Shown here: piece by piece, positions 11,301-25,800 of the stretch
Position numbering within the stretch: position 1 is the stretch's first letter
Layout of the letters: the number at the start of each line of letters is the position of its first letter
Assembly: GCF_002571385.2 (NCBI RefSeq)
Contig: NW_019218224.1
Coordinates: forward strand, 73,414 to 136,441
From: Stylophora pistillata
Lineage: Eukaryota
DNA: 63,028 nt
Direction of reading: 5' to 3'
Program-made: the position numbers and the translations under genes
Notes under the pieces: model-generated
Told to the model about the DNA's origin: nothing
Databases searched by the model: none
Seen by the model: only the letters and a program-made list of their open reading frames with translations

Positions 11301-14300
11301 TTCCTGGCACCACAGTTTCATTAGAAACTTTGAGCCTTTATTCATGTGTAGCCGAACTGCGCTCACTATCGCATACCACAAAGGTCTTCCTAGCAGCTTC
11401 CATAACTCCGTTCCAGTCTGCTCCGTTTACTATCACTGTTCCCAAGCGGATGTCCTTTTTCTTTGTATTTAAAATGGAAAATGTAATCAAGTGAGACTGA
11501 ACCAAAAAAGAACTAACCATGAATTATTTGGTTGCAAAAAAAGAGGAATAAAAAAGTTAAAAATTCGAGGTAAATTGTTTATTAAATATAATTGAACAAC
11601 GATTCTGCACCTTGGAGGAAATATGACCAACAGGGGCAGCAGAAAATCCTCTGAGACACACATCTATTTCAACTGGTTCCTCGTCATCTGTGTCCACTAA
11701 ATAAAACATTTCGAACATCATTTTTATTAGCCTCTGTACAGCCGCCCTCTGCCCTCAAGAAAAAATAAATCAAGAAGGGGCTCCACACAGTTTTTTTGTT
11801 TTTATTTTGTTTCTGTTCTTTTTATTGTTTTTCTTGAGGGTAGGGGGAGGCTACATACAGGCTACAATACTTTACAGACGGTAATCGCAGTTGTCTCCAT
11901 ACTAATTTAAAAATATCTGGAATCCTCAGAGCGTGTGACTGAAACCATTTTAATCTATCAGATATCAAGATACACAATCGGCTAGAGCTTATCATGATAA
12001 TTTTACCTTGCCTGGGTCTGTACAGTCGGCATATGCTCTCCAGTCTCTCAGATGACTCAGTGCTACTGTTCTCAGTCGCTTCTCCAGAAGTCTGTTGATT
12101 TGCCAAACTAACAACTTCTTTACGTAACATATCATTTTCATCGTGGAGCAGTTTGAGCTCTCCCTGAAAAGGAATGACAGAAGACAAAAAAATCCAAACG
12201 ATACCTTTAATAGTTTGCAATATTATTCTTGTCTAGACTTTTGACGCAAAACTAGTTACAGAGAGAGGGAACTGCTAACATTTTCTTAAATAAGTATCCT
12301 GTTAATAGCATACACAGGCTATAAACAGCAACATCTTTGTTTTGATTTAAGTCCGCAGTAAGAAGCTTATTATGAAATTAGTATAAATTCAGCGGCGGAC
12401 ATCCATCAAGCAAATCATCTTCCGATATAATACAAGTTAAACTGTTATTTAGAGTGTTAGTTCTTGCCGAGGAAAGAAAACAAGTAAAACCAAGGAACAC
12501 TCCATGAGAAAAAGAAGAGCAACATAATTAACCTACATGTGATGCCAGGATCGCAAATCGAATCTAAACCACAACGGAGGGACACTTTACCATTTACAAC
12601 GAGTCACGTATGAAATAAAATTCTCTGACTTATCGACGAATACAAAAATGTGACATACAGCCAACTCAAAGATGCACACCTGTTTGAGATTATTGCGTAT
12701 TTGTTTTAATAACTCTCGTCTCCTAGGGAAATTTAATTGGTACGAGGAAAGCAAATCAATGAACAGAAACATGACGCTTTCTCATCTGAATAGGAAAACA
12801 GAACAGTGTACGGCTCCCAATCAAACTTTAAAGTAATAAATTCAATTTTCTTGACCAACCTTGATTTCACTGATTATTCCTTGCAATTCATCAGCCTGAT
12901 GGAGGGCAACATAAGCTTCCATGCTTAGACCTCCAGACAGTGCCTGCAAAAAGCACATATATGATACCAAATTAACACGTTGTTAAGCATGCGATGGTCC
13001 TTGGACCCGTGAAGCTTACAATTAACAATCCAACAAGTATAATCTACGTTTGGAAACCAAGCCTAGACTTAAACATTTCATTAAGAACATTCATTACAGA
13101 ACACATGGTGAGATCCAACAGTTGCCCCAAGAGTTAGTGTTGATTGTCCACCAGCATGAGTTAAGACTGGCTCTAGACCACGTCAAAGCTTACTGCTTGG
13201 TAAAGATATGAAATTATGCTTTGGTCAAAGTTATCCATTTAGTATGCAGTTTGATCTTTCTAGTGTTCCGATATTATTAGTGCTGTAACATCTGTCAAAT
13301 TGAATTTAAATGATCTTTCCTGCTCGAGCGTTCACTCATACTATTTCTAAAGTTATTGCTCTCTGTATCTGATGAGCAAGTTCTCTCTCCTAGCTACTTT
13401 TCACTTACTCAAAAAAAAATTAGTTACGATAATTTATTGTAACGTCAAAATACACAGTAACACCCACCATTTTTCTGGATAATAAAGTGAAGGTTGAAGT
13501 TTTTAGTGTGTTAATCACGTCACGAAGATTAAGAGGTTCATACAAACCCCAACTGACACGCCCGGCTCAATGACTAGAAACCCTAAAAAATTTGATAACT
13601 GCTAGACCCTCTGAGCCATTCTGGCCTAAGGTCAAGCGTTGTCAACGAAAAATAACTGTTTTTCAGTGTTAAAACCGGCACTCGAAGAAAGCACTGAGTA
13701 TACGGTATATTGGATAACGCTACACTACACTTGACGATATTTTAATGAATTCTGAAAGTCGAAAAACTCAATCAACACAACTGAAAAATCGTCAGTTCGC
13801 CAAATATTTCTTTAAAGGTCACGGGAGATGTATCATGTAGCCTACAATGGATTTAGCTAAAAGAAGTTAAGACACCCTTAAGCTCAACAGAGCTGCTCAA
13901 AGAGAAGCGTTACTATTTAATCGTGTGCGATAAGTCAAATACAAAGACGATTTGGCGGGGACTCTAGTTCTAATCTCATAACATTACCTTACCTCCGAGT
14001 AAGAACTGCTTTTAGCGAATAAATAACGAACAGTTAGTTACAAGAACCATGTATTTGAGCAAAAGATTTCTTAGTCTTTACTAGTCACTAAAGAGAGCTC
14101 ATTGAGTGTTAAACTCTCTGGGTCCCTAATCCTTAATTAACTACAAATTCAGGATTAAGTATCGACGGACAGAAGTCACAAGGTCGATGTGGATTAATTC
14201 TGGCCTGTGCCAATTCTTTTATCTTTTAGAAGGCAACTCATGCAATCACACAAACAGAAAGCCTACGTCCAAACTACACATGAAGCTTTCCTATCAGTTA

Positions 14301-17300
14301 AAAATGCGTTTTAAAAACAAGTGACTTGGCAAAGTTTCTTCTTTTCAGTTTGATGGAATCTGTCAGCACCATCAAACTCTCCTATTTGCTTGAAATTCGC
14401 CTAAACTTAATTCAGTTCTCGTCAGCAAAGTTTCACCACTGGATCAGCGAGCGAAATAAAGGACTGAATCCAATTTGCTTAAGATATTTATAAATAGCAA
14501 ATTCATCAGCCATTGGACAAGGTCTTCCCGAGCAGATAGTGCTTGTGTTTCACTAGCATTTTGGTAACGAAACAAGATCAACTTGTGAGGTCAAAATTAT
14601 CATGAGCAGTAAAATGAAAATCTGGGAGTCAAATAGGACAAAAGACCAGACTTCGAGCTGTGAAATGTTTAGTTATCAATTCCCAAGTAAATCAAGTTTG
14701 CGTACGCCTAATTCCGTGACAGAAGTTGTCAGAAAGTTGCCATACAAATAGTAAGTACGACCACTTCATATGTTGTCAGCAATTCTTTATAAGATTATAC
14801 CGAAGCGTCACAGGAAGGTATGTAAGACTTTTCACGCTGCGAGGTTAAAAACAGTTACTCCTAACTAAAACAAAAAAAAACCCTGATTCGAGACTTTGAA
14901 GTTTACGGTAAACCAGGATAATGAATAATTGTGGCTGTCTGTGGTGGAAATTATAAAGATTTAAAAACCATGTTTTTAATACAAAAACAATCCCCCAAAG
15001 GGAAGTGAATAAATCTGAAAAAAATTACACATGAACACACCTCATGATGTTAAAATTATTTGTTTAAGTGTAAGTGATAATGAAAAATGTCAATACGTAG
15101 TAAAAAGTCTAACAAACAAACAGAAAGTGCAAGTGCAAGATACTTGGATCAAAAGGATGAATTTCTTTCAGAAAAATTTGATAAAGTTGAGTTTAAAATA
15201 ACATAAAACAGGTTCAAAACATTACCTGAATGTACTCAAAGCTGAGGGTCAGACTACACCATACAGAAAATGTCCAGTTTCTAACCAGATATTTCACAGT
15301 AACAATACCTGCAGCTTCTCACTAGAATTAGAGACAGCTTCCCAAAAATGGCATTTTTCAGATGTTTTCGACATGCAGGTCCGATGTACTTAATTGATTG
15401 ACGAGTACTTAATATACCACGATGAAAATTTAGAATCACGAGATCCTATTGCAACAATCTAGCAGCTTTTAGGAAAATGTCAGTTAGCTTTTTAAAATAC
15501 AAGTTTACATTTACTACAATTAAAAAACAAGCACAATTGAGACCTACACCCCTTCTAGCCTTAAATACATTAATTAAATTCCTAATAATAAAATGCACCA
15601 CAGATGGAAATAATGTGTTTAGTCATTAATAAGCTCAGTGGCCTGTTTTGCGTGACTGTAAAAATAAATCTGCTTATCAAATCTATGATAAACTATCAAA
15701 TTAAAATGGATATTTTAAGAACAGAAAAACAAGCACAAACCACTTAGGAATTTAAAGGTTAATAAAGACATCTGGAAGCAGATCAGGTCTCTTAAATCAA
15801 CTCATTAACTCCCACAACTGACCAAGACAGAATTTCTCCATAGATTATTAATACAATATTAAGCAGGCAAGTGGTGAGAATAAAGAAAAACATCAATTCT
15901 TGAATTATTACTTGATTTCAATACCAGATTCTCTAAACTTAACTCATTATAATTGTATGACAGACAGTTGGAAGAATTGCTAATGAGATCTTAGGAGTGA
16001 AAGTCTGACATATGTGTACAGTGAAGGACAGTAGACATGTTTAGTGTGAACCTATTTGCAAAGAAAACAAATATATTGTTTTTTTCTTTTTCTACTGAGA
16101 AATCATACTGATTAGCCTTACAAAAAGCTGAAAGAATCTCTATCAGATGCTAGTTTAAAGTTAATTCAAACATCTTTTGAAAACAAAACCTAACTTGGCA
16201 AATCTTTCCCACATAGCTATGCAGAACTGTAGGTCTCAAATGCACTCCTTGCTTTAACCCATTGACGTCCAGTGCGCCCGTATGCGCCCATGGGGACCCA
16301 CACCCTTTCTATGCCTCGTGACGTCATCACTTTTAATCCTGGAGCACGAATTTGAGCACCTACTTGAACAGGTTGAAAATATCTTACAGACGATANNNNN
16401 NNNNNNNNNNNNNNNNNNGTTTTTGGTAAGTTTGAGCATTTAAAACCACAACAGTGACCCGAAATCTGCTCGACTAGCTTCAAAACACAGTTTTCCACAG
16501 AAGCTGTGGCCATTAATGGGTTAACTCAGAAATGCCATAAAATGTTTGGTACAAAATGTGGTCCAATCTAAACCAGCTTTCCTACAGATTTGGTTGCCAT
16601 TAAAACACTTAAATAATGCTGCACATTTCCTAATCAAAGACGCTTGGACACAAGTTTAATTGCTAAGCTTGACCACTAAATCACAATTATTTAACAAAAA
16701 ATAAACTTAATGGGTAAATTTGATTATCCTGTGGTTTTTAGGTATGCATGAATAACCTGATATTACACAAGGTAGTAAAAAATTAAAAGATATATAAAAC
16801 AGATATGATAAAATGCAGTCTTGTGTTACTAACCTTGTTTTGAGTGCTTGGAGAAACCCGCTTCTTAAACCTGTCAATTGCTTTATCCAAGATATCAGAG
16901 TCCATGAATTCCAAATTCAGAGATCTGCGCGCTTCTCCTAAGAGAGCATCTAGGTGAGATTCATCCTTCTCCTTACTATTATCATTGACAGATAAAAGTT
17001 TGTCACTTGGACCAACAAGATCAAGATCAAGAGTCTCTAGATCAGTTCCCACCAATGACATCCCTGGGCAAGGTTCAGTGTCAACAAAGACCACTGTTTC
17101 TGTGCTGCCCCCAAATTCTCCAAAGCGATCATCATCTGATGAATATGATGATGATGAAGCATCCCCTTGAGATTCCACATCACTAATGGCATGCTTATCT
17201 TCCTTTGTGGTGGTGATGACTGGTTTTTCTGGTTGTGCATCATCAAGTTCATCAAAATTTATTTTTCCACCTACTTCCCCTTTTTGTTCAGAGTTCGGTG

Positions 17301-20300
17301 TGGGTTTTGGTGTACTTGTGATGTGCATTCCATGCTTTTTCCTATAGTCAATGAACACGTCAATACCTTCAGGACTAGCTACTTCATGGCAAAGTGTTCC
17401 TTGGTTTCTGTTCTGAAAGCCCTCAGCTGGTGAGGCTACTTCTAAAATTCCTGAGTCTCCTCCATGGTCACTGTTTGATTCTTTTACATCAATGTCACTG
17501 AGTTCCGCCTCCATTCCTGTGACCTTGTCCTGCTTTGTATTTTGAGCTGAAAGACTTTGTTTTGCATCAAGGCTGCGACTGTCGGCTTGACTTTTCTCCT
17601 TTTGAGAAAAAGCCCTGTCCTTGCGTGGCCTTTTTAGGCTGTGAGTGTTAGTCAACTTGCTCTGTGTTTCAATGCTATCTGTTGATTCACTCCCATTGAA
17701 AGAAACTTTCAAAACTTTTTCTTCCTTGCATTTCAATTTCTTGAATTTATCGTCCCTGTTCTCCAGACATTCCACCTCCTCTTCAAAAACTCGTGCTCTT
17801 AGTTTCCATTCTCTGAGGCTTTTACGGATATTTTCACTGCTTTCAGAACGTCTCAGAGTCTTTTCTGTAATCACATTGGCACGCCTCTCTCTAGCAGAAT
17901 GACCACGCCTCAAGCAATCATAGCTCTTAGAAGACCTTGGTGGAATACGATCAGGTTTCTTGAAGCCATCATTGTCATTCTGTTTGCCAGTGGGCCGACT
18001 TAAATGTTGCCAGCTGCTTGGTAAACTCTTTGGAGTTTTGTTAGGTCTTTCTGATGTATTGTCATTTTGAGGAGATGGACAACTATAATTCTGTACAGAA
18101 ACAGGTCTGCGAGGTACTGTCTCTTTTGGAGTGCCTACTTGCATACCAGCTAAGATCTGTAGAAGCTCTTCAACAGAGACAGCTTTATCACTCTCCTGAG
18201 GAGGTGGTGATAGCATTTCTGTGTTGCTAACACCAGCAGAGGATGATCCAATAGACTGGAATTGGCCCAGCAGGGACAAATTCTGTTCCTGTGACTCTGA
18301 TGGTGTGGGAGACACTCTCTTTATTGTTGGTGTCTTGATCTGCAATTCTAGCTCTTTTAACAGCGAAGAAGGTAGCTCTTGTTGAAAATTCACTGGAGGA
18401 GTTTGAGTTGCCACTGAAGGTGGTGGATTCAATGCTTTGAAGACAGCTGGGGGTGGCGTTTGAGTACCCCTATGTCTTCTATAGAATTGTTCTACTGTTT
18501 CATGTTCAGAAACAGTTCCATTAACACAAGCTGTGTCATTTTCACATAATCCAGTCTGAATCTCACGAGGTTCCTTGTTTTCTGAAGTTGACTTTGATGA
18601 CTTCCTCTCAGTGACAGACAACACCACAGATTCAATATCAGGATCAGGTAACACTGTCTGTGGAGACTGTAAAAGCTTTTTTATGCTCAGTGCTTCAGCT
18701 GAAATTAAGCTATCTTTGTCTTCACAACGAGTATAAAACTCACTGTAATCTGTGTCATCAAACTCAAGTCCTGGTTCTCCACCCTCCTTTAGTCCCCCAA
18801 GTTCTTCTTCCTGAAGTTGTTCAGAGATAAACATCCCTTCTGACGGTGGTGTTTGTGAAACTTCAGAAAACCTTTCAGAGAGAGTTTTTCTTCTAAAAAC
18901 CTCAGAATCTGAGCTATGTCCATTTCTTAAAGACTGAGGGCCGAACAGAGCCTCCATTGCACTGACCTTGCGATGAGTCACTGCATTGACTAAACCATTA
19001 TGAACAGTGCCATTAGTGGGATATTGGTAACCCTGTGTACAAAAGTTTGGTGGCTTGAAGATTTTCTCAACTTCTGAATCACTTGAAGAGCTTGTGTAAG
19101 ATGAAGCCCGTCGCAGGATCTCTAGATGTGGCACCTGAGCAGGACTAACGGGTCGAAATAAAGGTGGCTGTTCATTGGTGGCAAACTCAACAGATTGTCT
19201 CTTCAGTGCATTAATAGGATCTTGACTCCCCAAGGAATGTCTTGCTCTCCTTCGTTGCACCCTGGGGAAAGTGGAGCTTTCATTGTCTGTGAGACAAATA
19301 CTGGAATCAAGTGACATACTTTTAGGAATGTGGCCCCTACGAAGATCTTGTGGTCGACACTTCAATGGCTGAAATAAAGGTTCCGAATGAACACTCCTTT
19401 CATCAGAGGTGTAACCTGAATACTCCAGGTTTGATGCACTTGCTGTATAGCGATCACCCTCCCCAAATTTTCCTCGCAAAATGTTTCTTCTAGTTGAAGT
19501 GCTCTGCAATGGTTCCTGAACAGAGTTAACAAATGGGTATGAAAGACCACTCTCTGAACACCATGATGACGTGGTCAGTTTGGGTGCAGGAACTTGGTAA
19601 ATTCTGCGCACAAAAGGAGAGTCAACATCAACAGGACTTGGCTCACTGAATGACCATGATCTCCTTTTCAACTCAGATGTAGTGTAACCTTTTTCCCAGT
19701 TTGGTAAACCAGCAACTGACCCTGGACGTCTTTGTGCTTTCATCCTATCACATGACCTTGACCGAATCACCAATTTCTGTTTGAGTTCATTCACTTGTGG
19801 ATTTAATAGTTTTTCACATGAAACTGTTCTTGGTTGTTCAATCTGCACAAAATCATGCAAAGGCAAAAAACTGTCACTGAATTGAACATCATTGCCAGAT
19901 GCCTTGGTTGTCAAAAGACCACTTCCCCTTGCTTTACAACTTTCCATAACATTTTGTTCAGGTATTGAGGCTGCTGTTGCTAAGAAGGAATGGTTAATTT
20001 CATGAGCAGCAACGTTGTCGCCATCTTGACCTACATCAGGAACAAACTTGCCTTGAATGTCAACTTCTTCATCTTCACTGACACATTCAAGCCTTGCTTT
20101 TTCATTCTCAATGCTACTGTCATAGAATTTTTCACTGGCAAGAGAAGAGTTCACAGAGGACTGGAAACAACTGCTACCATCAATAGCAAATTCTTCTTCT
20201 TCAACAAGAGGCACAAACTGCTGTGGTGAATGTACAGCTTCTACATGTGCATGAAAAGATTCAGAATAATCTTTGTCACTTTCCAAGGAAAATGTCTCAT

Positions 20301-21165
20301 TGTCTGCTGGTGGCACAATATTTTCAACTTGGTCATGACAGCTAAGAACTGGGTGTGAATCACTGCAACTTTCAAAGGAAAAATCTTTGCTTCCACAAAC
20401 ATAAGAGGAGTCTTTGACACTTGTAGTCTGTACAGTTTTTAAAACAGTGCCTCCAATTGATTCATCTCTAGCAATTGCTTCAAAAAAGTGAACACGTGAT
20501 TCAACAGAGTTCAATTTTGCATGTTCCTGGCCTTCCTCATGTTCTCCATTGACAACTTTGTACTCGCCTAGGCTTTCATTATAGGAGAAACGCTTGGTGA
20601 GGTCTTTATTTTCAGTAACAAGTCTATCAATGTGATTGAAACTTGAAGGGGGAGCACTGCCCCGTCTTAACTTAGGCTTGGGAGGAACAGGTGGTTTTCT
20701 TCTCAATTTAACAACTTCACTTGTTGTCAAGGTACCTTCTGGAGACTCACTGTAGTAAAGGCAGTAAAAATCACTGGCTCGTCTGGTTTTCTCCAGAACA
20801 TCACAAACTCCATTCACACTTTCTGTAACTAGAGTTTCATTTTCCCCATTTGTGATTACCTCTCCATTCATGACATTTTCTTTGCCGGCCACATGGCTAC
20901 TTGCACAATTTGTTTCAGTACCAATTGACACAGAAGATGCAGTATCAGTATTTGCCAGACTTTCTTTATTTGCTGCTTTACACTTTTTTGGAGCTTTTTC
21001 CTTCACTGGTGGGGAGCTTATGGATCCATGCGAACTGTCACTGCTACCATTTCTTTCAATTTCATCATCCACAAAACACCCAGAATCTGTTTTACTTTTG
21101 CTATCAGGTGCACTTCTTCCACGATTAGGTCGGTGAACTACTCCTGTTTTTTCTTTGCCACTCAT
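5345..21165 (-). CDS. Neuron navigator (NAV/UNC-53/Sickie)-like protein with C-terminal AAA+ ATPase, >1909 aa, 3' end lost in gap
   Basis: Phase-consistent exons: 21165-16834, 12943-12860, 12163-12007, 11696-11611, 11496-11377, 10737-10644, 9942-9871, 9377-9313, 8993-8887, 8578-8518, 8302-8256, 6929-6825, 6562-6482, 5884-5792, 5703-5600, 5463-5345. NAV-type motifs: coiled coil EAYVALHQADELQGIISEIKGELKLLHDENDMLRKE; DSLVYDTLLPK; Walker A LLEHRCIVLCGQQGLGKSYLA; Walker B PAVIILDQL; CPYIIG; HYFRW; WLSKVWYHLN; GPSLFYSCP; WFVNVWNYNVIPYL. An in-frame stop lies just upstream of the ATG, and an exon acceptor is at 21229. Confidence 0.88.
5926..6290 (-). mobile_element. tRNA-derived SINE with (AATG)n L2-type tail
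   Basis: On the minus strand: GGTTAGCTCAATTGG A-box, GGTTCAAGCCCCGGCCGGACC B-box, body, then an AATGAATGAATG tail. Confidence 0.85.
7105..7943. mobile_element. TA-flanked TIR MITE (Tc1/mariner-like) hosting a nested Harbinger remnant
   Basis: The termini TACCGTATTTC ... GAAATGCGGTA are inverted repeats. Confidence 0.7.
7200..7806 (+). mobile_element. PIF/Harbinger transposon remnant with a transposase N-terminal fragment
   Basis: ORF 7391-7687 (IWRKVRSREFW...WNDGDFITNLRVDRGKFLLIVERLTPRIHRETTRMKQSIDVDERVAMALWR) matches the HARBI1-type N-terminus. It has subterminal TAGTTGTCGAC repeats and a right end ...GGGCC followed by TTAA. The left end is broken at an N and no DDE core is present. Confidence 0.8.
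9547..9853. repeat. About 157-bp tandem duplication in a NAV-like intron
   Basis: Two copies beginning CAATCAGCGTGCACGAAAAGCACTTTT and ending AAACACACGAA. Confidence 0.8.
16254..16524. mobile_element. piggyBac-like MITE with TTAA target site (contains a small gap, 16396-16418)
   Basis: TTAA|CCCATTGAC ... ATTAATGGG|TTAA. Confidence 0.7.
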
Positions 21166-22859
21166 GTCAAAAACCTAGCCTCATTCCCATAATGGTGTCA
21201 CAATTGCTTGAGGTGTTTCAAGCTGAGAACTGAAATAAAGACAAGAAATTTCTGTCAGTGGACACTGTGTAGAGGCATCAGCAATGTTTGCTTGACATTA
21301 AAATGTAGGGTATATAGGGTATTAAAATCATGATCAAAAAACACCTTCAACAGTTTAAAAAATAAGTTTTTTAACCCCAGCACCACCTCACTTATTTTTC
21401 TTACTAACTTGTCTGAGTTCTAATCCTGATCACAAATTAATTACAGTAAGTTTCATCAGTTTTACAAGATCAATAGTAAGTTAAGTGATAAACATCTCAG
21501 AAGGAAAAGCCTGACTTCCAGCAAAGACACTGGGAATGTGATTTCAGAGACAAAGTTCACAAAGGTTACAGCTGCACACGGCAGACTTTGTGACATCAAG
21601 AAACAAATTACACATACATGTAAGTGTCATTGAAATTCAGAGCAAAACCCTTTAAGTTGCTTTGAAATCCACATCTTAGTGACAGGCAAAAGAATGCTTA
21701 ATGACTATTGGCAGTTCACTTGAAAATACTTTACAACTGAAATAATGTCAAATGTTTCCATCAGTAATAAACCCAAACTTGTTCTCAACCTGTGATAAGG
21801 ATCGGCGCAAAGTCTCAATTGCTTTGAATGCTCTAGAACTTCTCAGAAGAGGCTCCTAAAGCCACTGCTATTAAACTAATTGTTGAACTTCAAGTCAACA
21901 GCATGTACAAAAGGTTGCCCTGTCCTCATCTGATGAGGATACATGCAGATGTAAGGAGATGCCAAAACATCTCACAAATATATAATATATACATGTCTAT
22001 TTGTCCACAAATAATGGGATGAAAGGATCCAACTAACAAAGATGGTCAGTATTCAAACATGCCTCCCTTGTACAATTCAAATAATGCTAAACACATGTCC
22101 TAAAATACACACTGGATCAAAATCCTTTAGGACAAAGCACAGTAGGTTGTGTAACACATAAAGATGTCTTAGTTTCAACAATTTCATAATCACACCCTCT
22201 ACTGAAGCAGTGAAATTAATTAAGAGAGGTGAAATATTATCTTACAGTTGAGATAATAATCGCAACTACTAGACCACATACAACAACAGGAGTTCTAAAA
22301 GTTTTTTCTTACCAAACAAAGCAAATAACTTCAAACCAAAGCTTACACAAAATATGTCTTCAAAACCGAGTTGGGGAGGAAGCTCACTGCAATTGCAAAC
22401 TAGTTTTGTCTGTTAACATTCGAAACTAAATTACTGCCACAAATGCTTCATTAAACAAACAGTGACAATGATCAACTGGAGGAATTCATAAAATGCCATT
22501 TACATAATAAAAATACAGTGTAATTGCTTCATTATATGCATGACATGAATACTAAACGTCTTCATGTATAAACACAAACTTGAAACAATTTGAATAACTC
22601 TTTCATCACACCAGCATGAAAAAGATAAAAGCTAGTCACTAGCTGCTACCCTACATGGAAAATGGGTCAGAATAGAAATCATAGCCTTACACTGTTTATT
22701 GTACAAGGAGCATCATAAATTCTCTAGACAAGAAACACACAGATGATTTTTAAATTTATAAGAAGATGAAATGCTAGTTTAGCATGGGTAGTTGGCTTTG
22801 TAGTGGATACCAGACAACACAAAAAGGTATAATTAATAACTAAACAAACAAATTACTGA

Positions 22860-22880
22860 ATATATATATATATATATATA
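22860..22880. repeat. (TA)n microsatellite
   Basis: Direct reading. Confidence 0.9.
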
Positions 22881-25800
22881 CTTCTTTTGAATAAAATATC
22901 CAAATTTATGAATTTTTCATACTACCACAAAATAACCATGATGCTCCATACATGTATTTTGTTAAATGCAAACTGTGGCTCCAGTTACAGTGATCTCAAT
23001 TAGTACCAATGTCCAAAGAAATCTGTAATATTTCAAGCATTATTTGCTTTGTTCTTGACTGTCCCATGACTATACTCCCTTTTAATGTCAGTCTGTCATT
23101 TTATCATAAATCCTTGATGCAAAAAAAGTTGGAGTTGACAACTGGTTGACAATTTAAGACAATTTCCACATCAAACCAAACATTGCAAGGCTAACCCTTG
23201 TGGTTTGACTTTAAATTCACCCATATGACTTAAAATGGACTGAAATGTTACCAACTTTCCCAATTGTTCCGCAAAAAATGGATTTTAAACAGAGCACTTC
23301 CTGAAATATTGTCTGAAGTGAAAAAGGAAACCCAAAGACATACCAAAAATTCATAGAAATTATCACCCCATGGTTCAGATCATTTGATTAGTGCAACATC
23401 CTATTAATTTAAACCATTTTCAACTAATCAAGAGGAGAACACATACTTGAAGCTTTATCAAGCTGCAAAACATATTTGTTACAGCACAAATTCACTCATG
23501 TTTGAAGTCCACAAGAACTGGCAATTTTACTACTCCTAGCAGGAATTCCTAATGAGATTCTAAAGAAACAATGTTAACAGTGTAGTTAACATTAATTAGT
23601 CACCAACTGCATTATTTTGAGAAGAAATTCATGGATGTAATCCTTTTAATTATGATCAACATATAGTAATAAGATTTGGACCAGCAAGGTGTGTATTAAC
23701 AGCAAAACCCTTTGTCACCTTAAATTCTTGATGCCCACAAAAATTTCCTCTCTGAGATTACGCTACATAATGTAACTCTTTGTCCACCCCTCTATCACAT
23801 TTCAATTGGAATGAAATGCTAAATGTTGCAGTATTGCGTGGGCCTTGCAAAATGATATCTCTGCAGTCACTTGTAAGAAAATACCAGCACTATAACCAAG
23901 CTTGTAAATTGAACCAATCCTTAGAAAGTTATTATTAGGCACATTAGTCATGTTTGCTGCGACATATCCAGAATTGTATGCAAGAGAAGTGTAAGTGTAA
24001 TTTTACTGAGGAAGTCCATTTTCCCATAAATACATTGTTTACATACCTAGAGAATGCTATTTTCCATGTTCTGAGACAAAGTAAAGATCTGTACTTGTTT
24101 CCTCAATTTGAGATGGTTTCAACAGGCACTATTTTAGTAAATGCTTTGACTGGATTTACCAAGCAGTAAAGGATTTCTTCCATCAATTCACTGGTTTAAG
24201 CTTGAAAAATGTATTAGCATAAGCAGATTATATAGTTTTGCAGATGTTACCTAAGTGTAAAGATTCAGAGGTTTAAGCAAAACAACCTCCTCAAAACTCA
24301 ACCTACATTTTGTTAGAGAACACCATAATCAACTACTACTCTATAATCATGTCCACTTTTCCATATTTCCCTGTCTTGAGGCTATATATAAAAAAAAGTT
24401 CCAAGTTATTCTAAGAAAAGGGCATGTTAATGTTGTTAACCAGATTGCCACTGACAATGAATGTACAGTCGTGTACGCAAGCAAATGCACAAGTTCAAGG
24501 TTATCAGACTGGCTTAAATTAAGTACTATGCTGCAGGATCAAACCAGTAAGATTGTTTACAAATTAAATTACCAAAACCTAATGCATTTAGTTTGTGCAG
24601 ATTATTAAAAACAAAGATTCTCTGGGAATTTGCCTAATTTGGCATGAAGAACAGTCTGTTTGTTCTTTGTTGTTTGCTCGACCTCTTGAACAAAATTAAA
24701 AAGTCAGCTGCTGAAGATGGAAAAAGTAAAGTTTGTGAAAAAATGATGCCACTACATTTTAAGTGCAGAATAGCGCTAGCATGATGTGGTTCAAATTGGC
24801 AACTGACTTTTACCATAGTTAAAACATCTTAAATACTTTACCAAGAAATCAAGGTCTTTACAAGATATACCATTAACATACCTCTCAAAAGATTTGATCT
24901 CTTTATTTATTCAGTTGCTTCAACAATATTTGCAAAAATAAACTACCCTCTTTACATATTAAATGCCATTTGTGAAAGAAGTTCAAATCCCCTGAGCACC
25001 ACCAGAATCTACAAGTCTACCAGTGTGAGTCTCTCTAACCATGGCAAATTGCATGCATCTATCATCTTTAAGTCTATCATTGACACATTCATGAATAAAA
25101 GTGCTCTCATTTTCTCTTTGTCTCTGTTGCCATAATCCCCTTGTATTTACATCTATGTGTAATGTCTTGACTGTTTGCATTACCAAATGAGCAATGCATA
25201 ATTTATTGTCATGAATCTAGCAGGCCTTAATACAGTATTTATCAGTTTGGGAAGCATTTATCACAGCAGACAGCTCACCTACCATAAATCATAGCACAAT
25301 TCCCTTTCCTGTAAAATATAAATGCCTATTGAAAAATTACCTGTATTGGTAAAGCAAAATTAGTGAAAAATTAGCGCCAAGCGGTTGTGACACTGTTTGC
25401 CTTATCCCATCACAGGGTGGATTAAACAAAAATAGTTTCTTCATTCCTTCTATAGAGGGTTAGCAGTCAAGCAACATGTTCCTTCTCCTTAATAATATTT
25501 GCATGATGTTGCTTTCACAATCTATACAGATGATATTTGTCATAAGACTTGAACTTTTCTCAAGATGAGATAATTTTAAAAAATATATTCATGGAATTGC
25601 CAACCAATTCAGTTGAACTTAGAGTTGGAAAACTTGTTTTCAAAACAATCCTGTAAGAATTTACATAAAAAAGAAGAACGAGAAAAAAAAACGAACTCTA
25701 CCTCACAAGGTGCTTTTCCGTTGATCTATTCAAGTTTCTCAACGTGCGCAGTATTTTAACATGCATCTCTGCATGACACCCTTTCTAACGTCACAAAAGA

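Noticed and set aside
12680-12722. Extra NAV-like exon RRELLKQIRNNLKQ
   Set aside because: Phase-incompatible with the neighbouring exons, which already join into the conserved coiled coil.
21921-21970. Hammerhead ribozyme core (CTGATGAG)
   Set aside because: No GAAA and no stem II; the candidate near 43137 also lacks proper stems.
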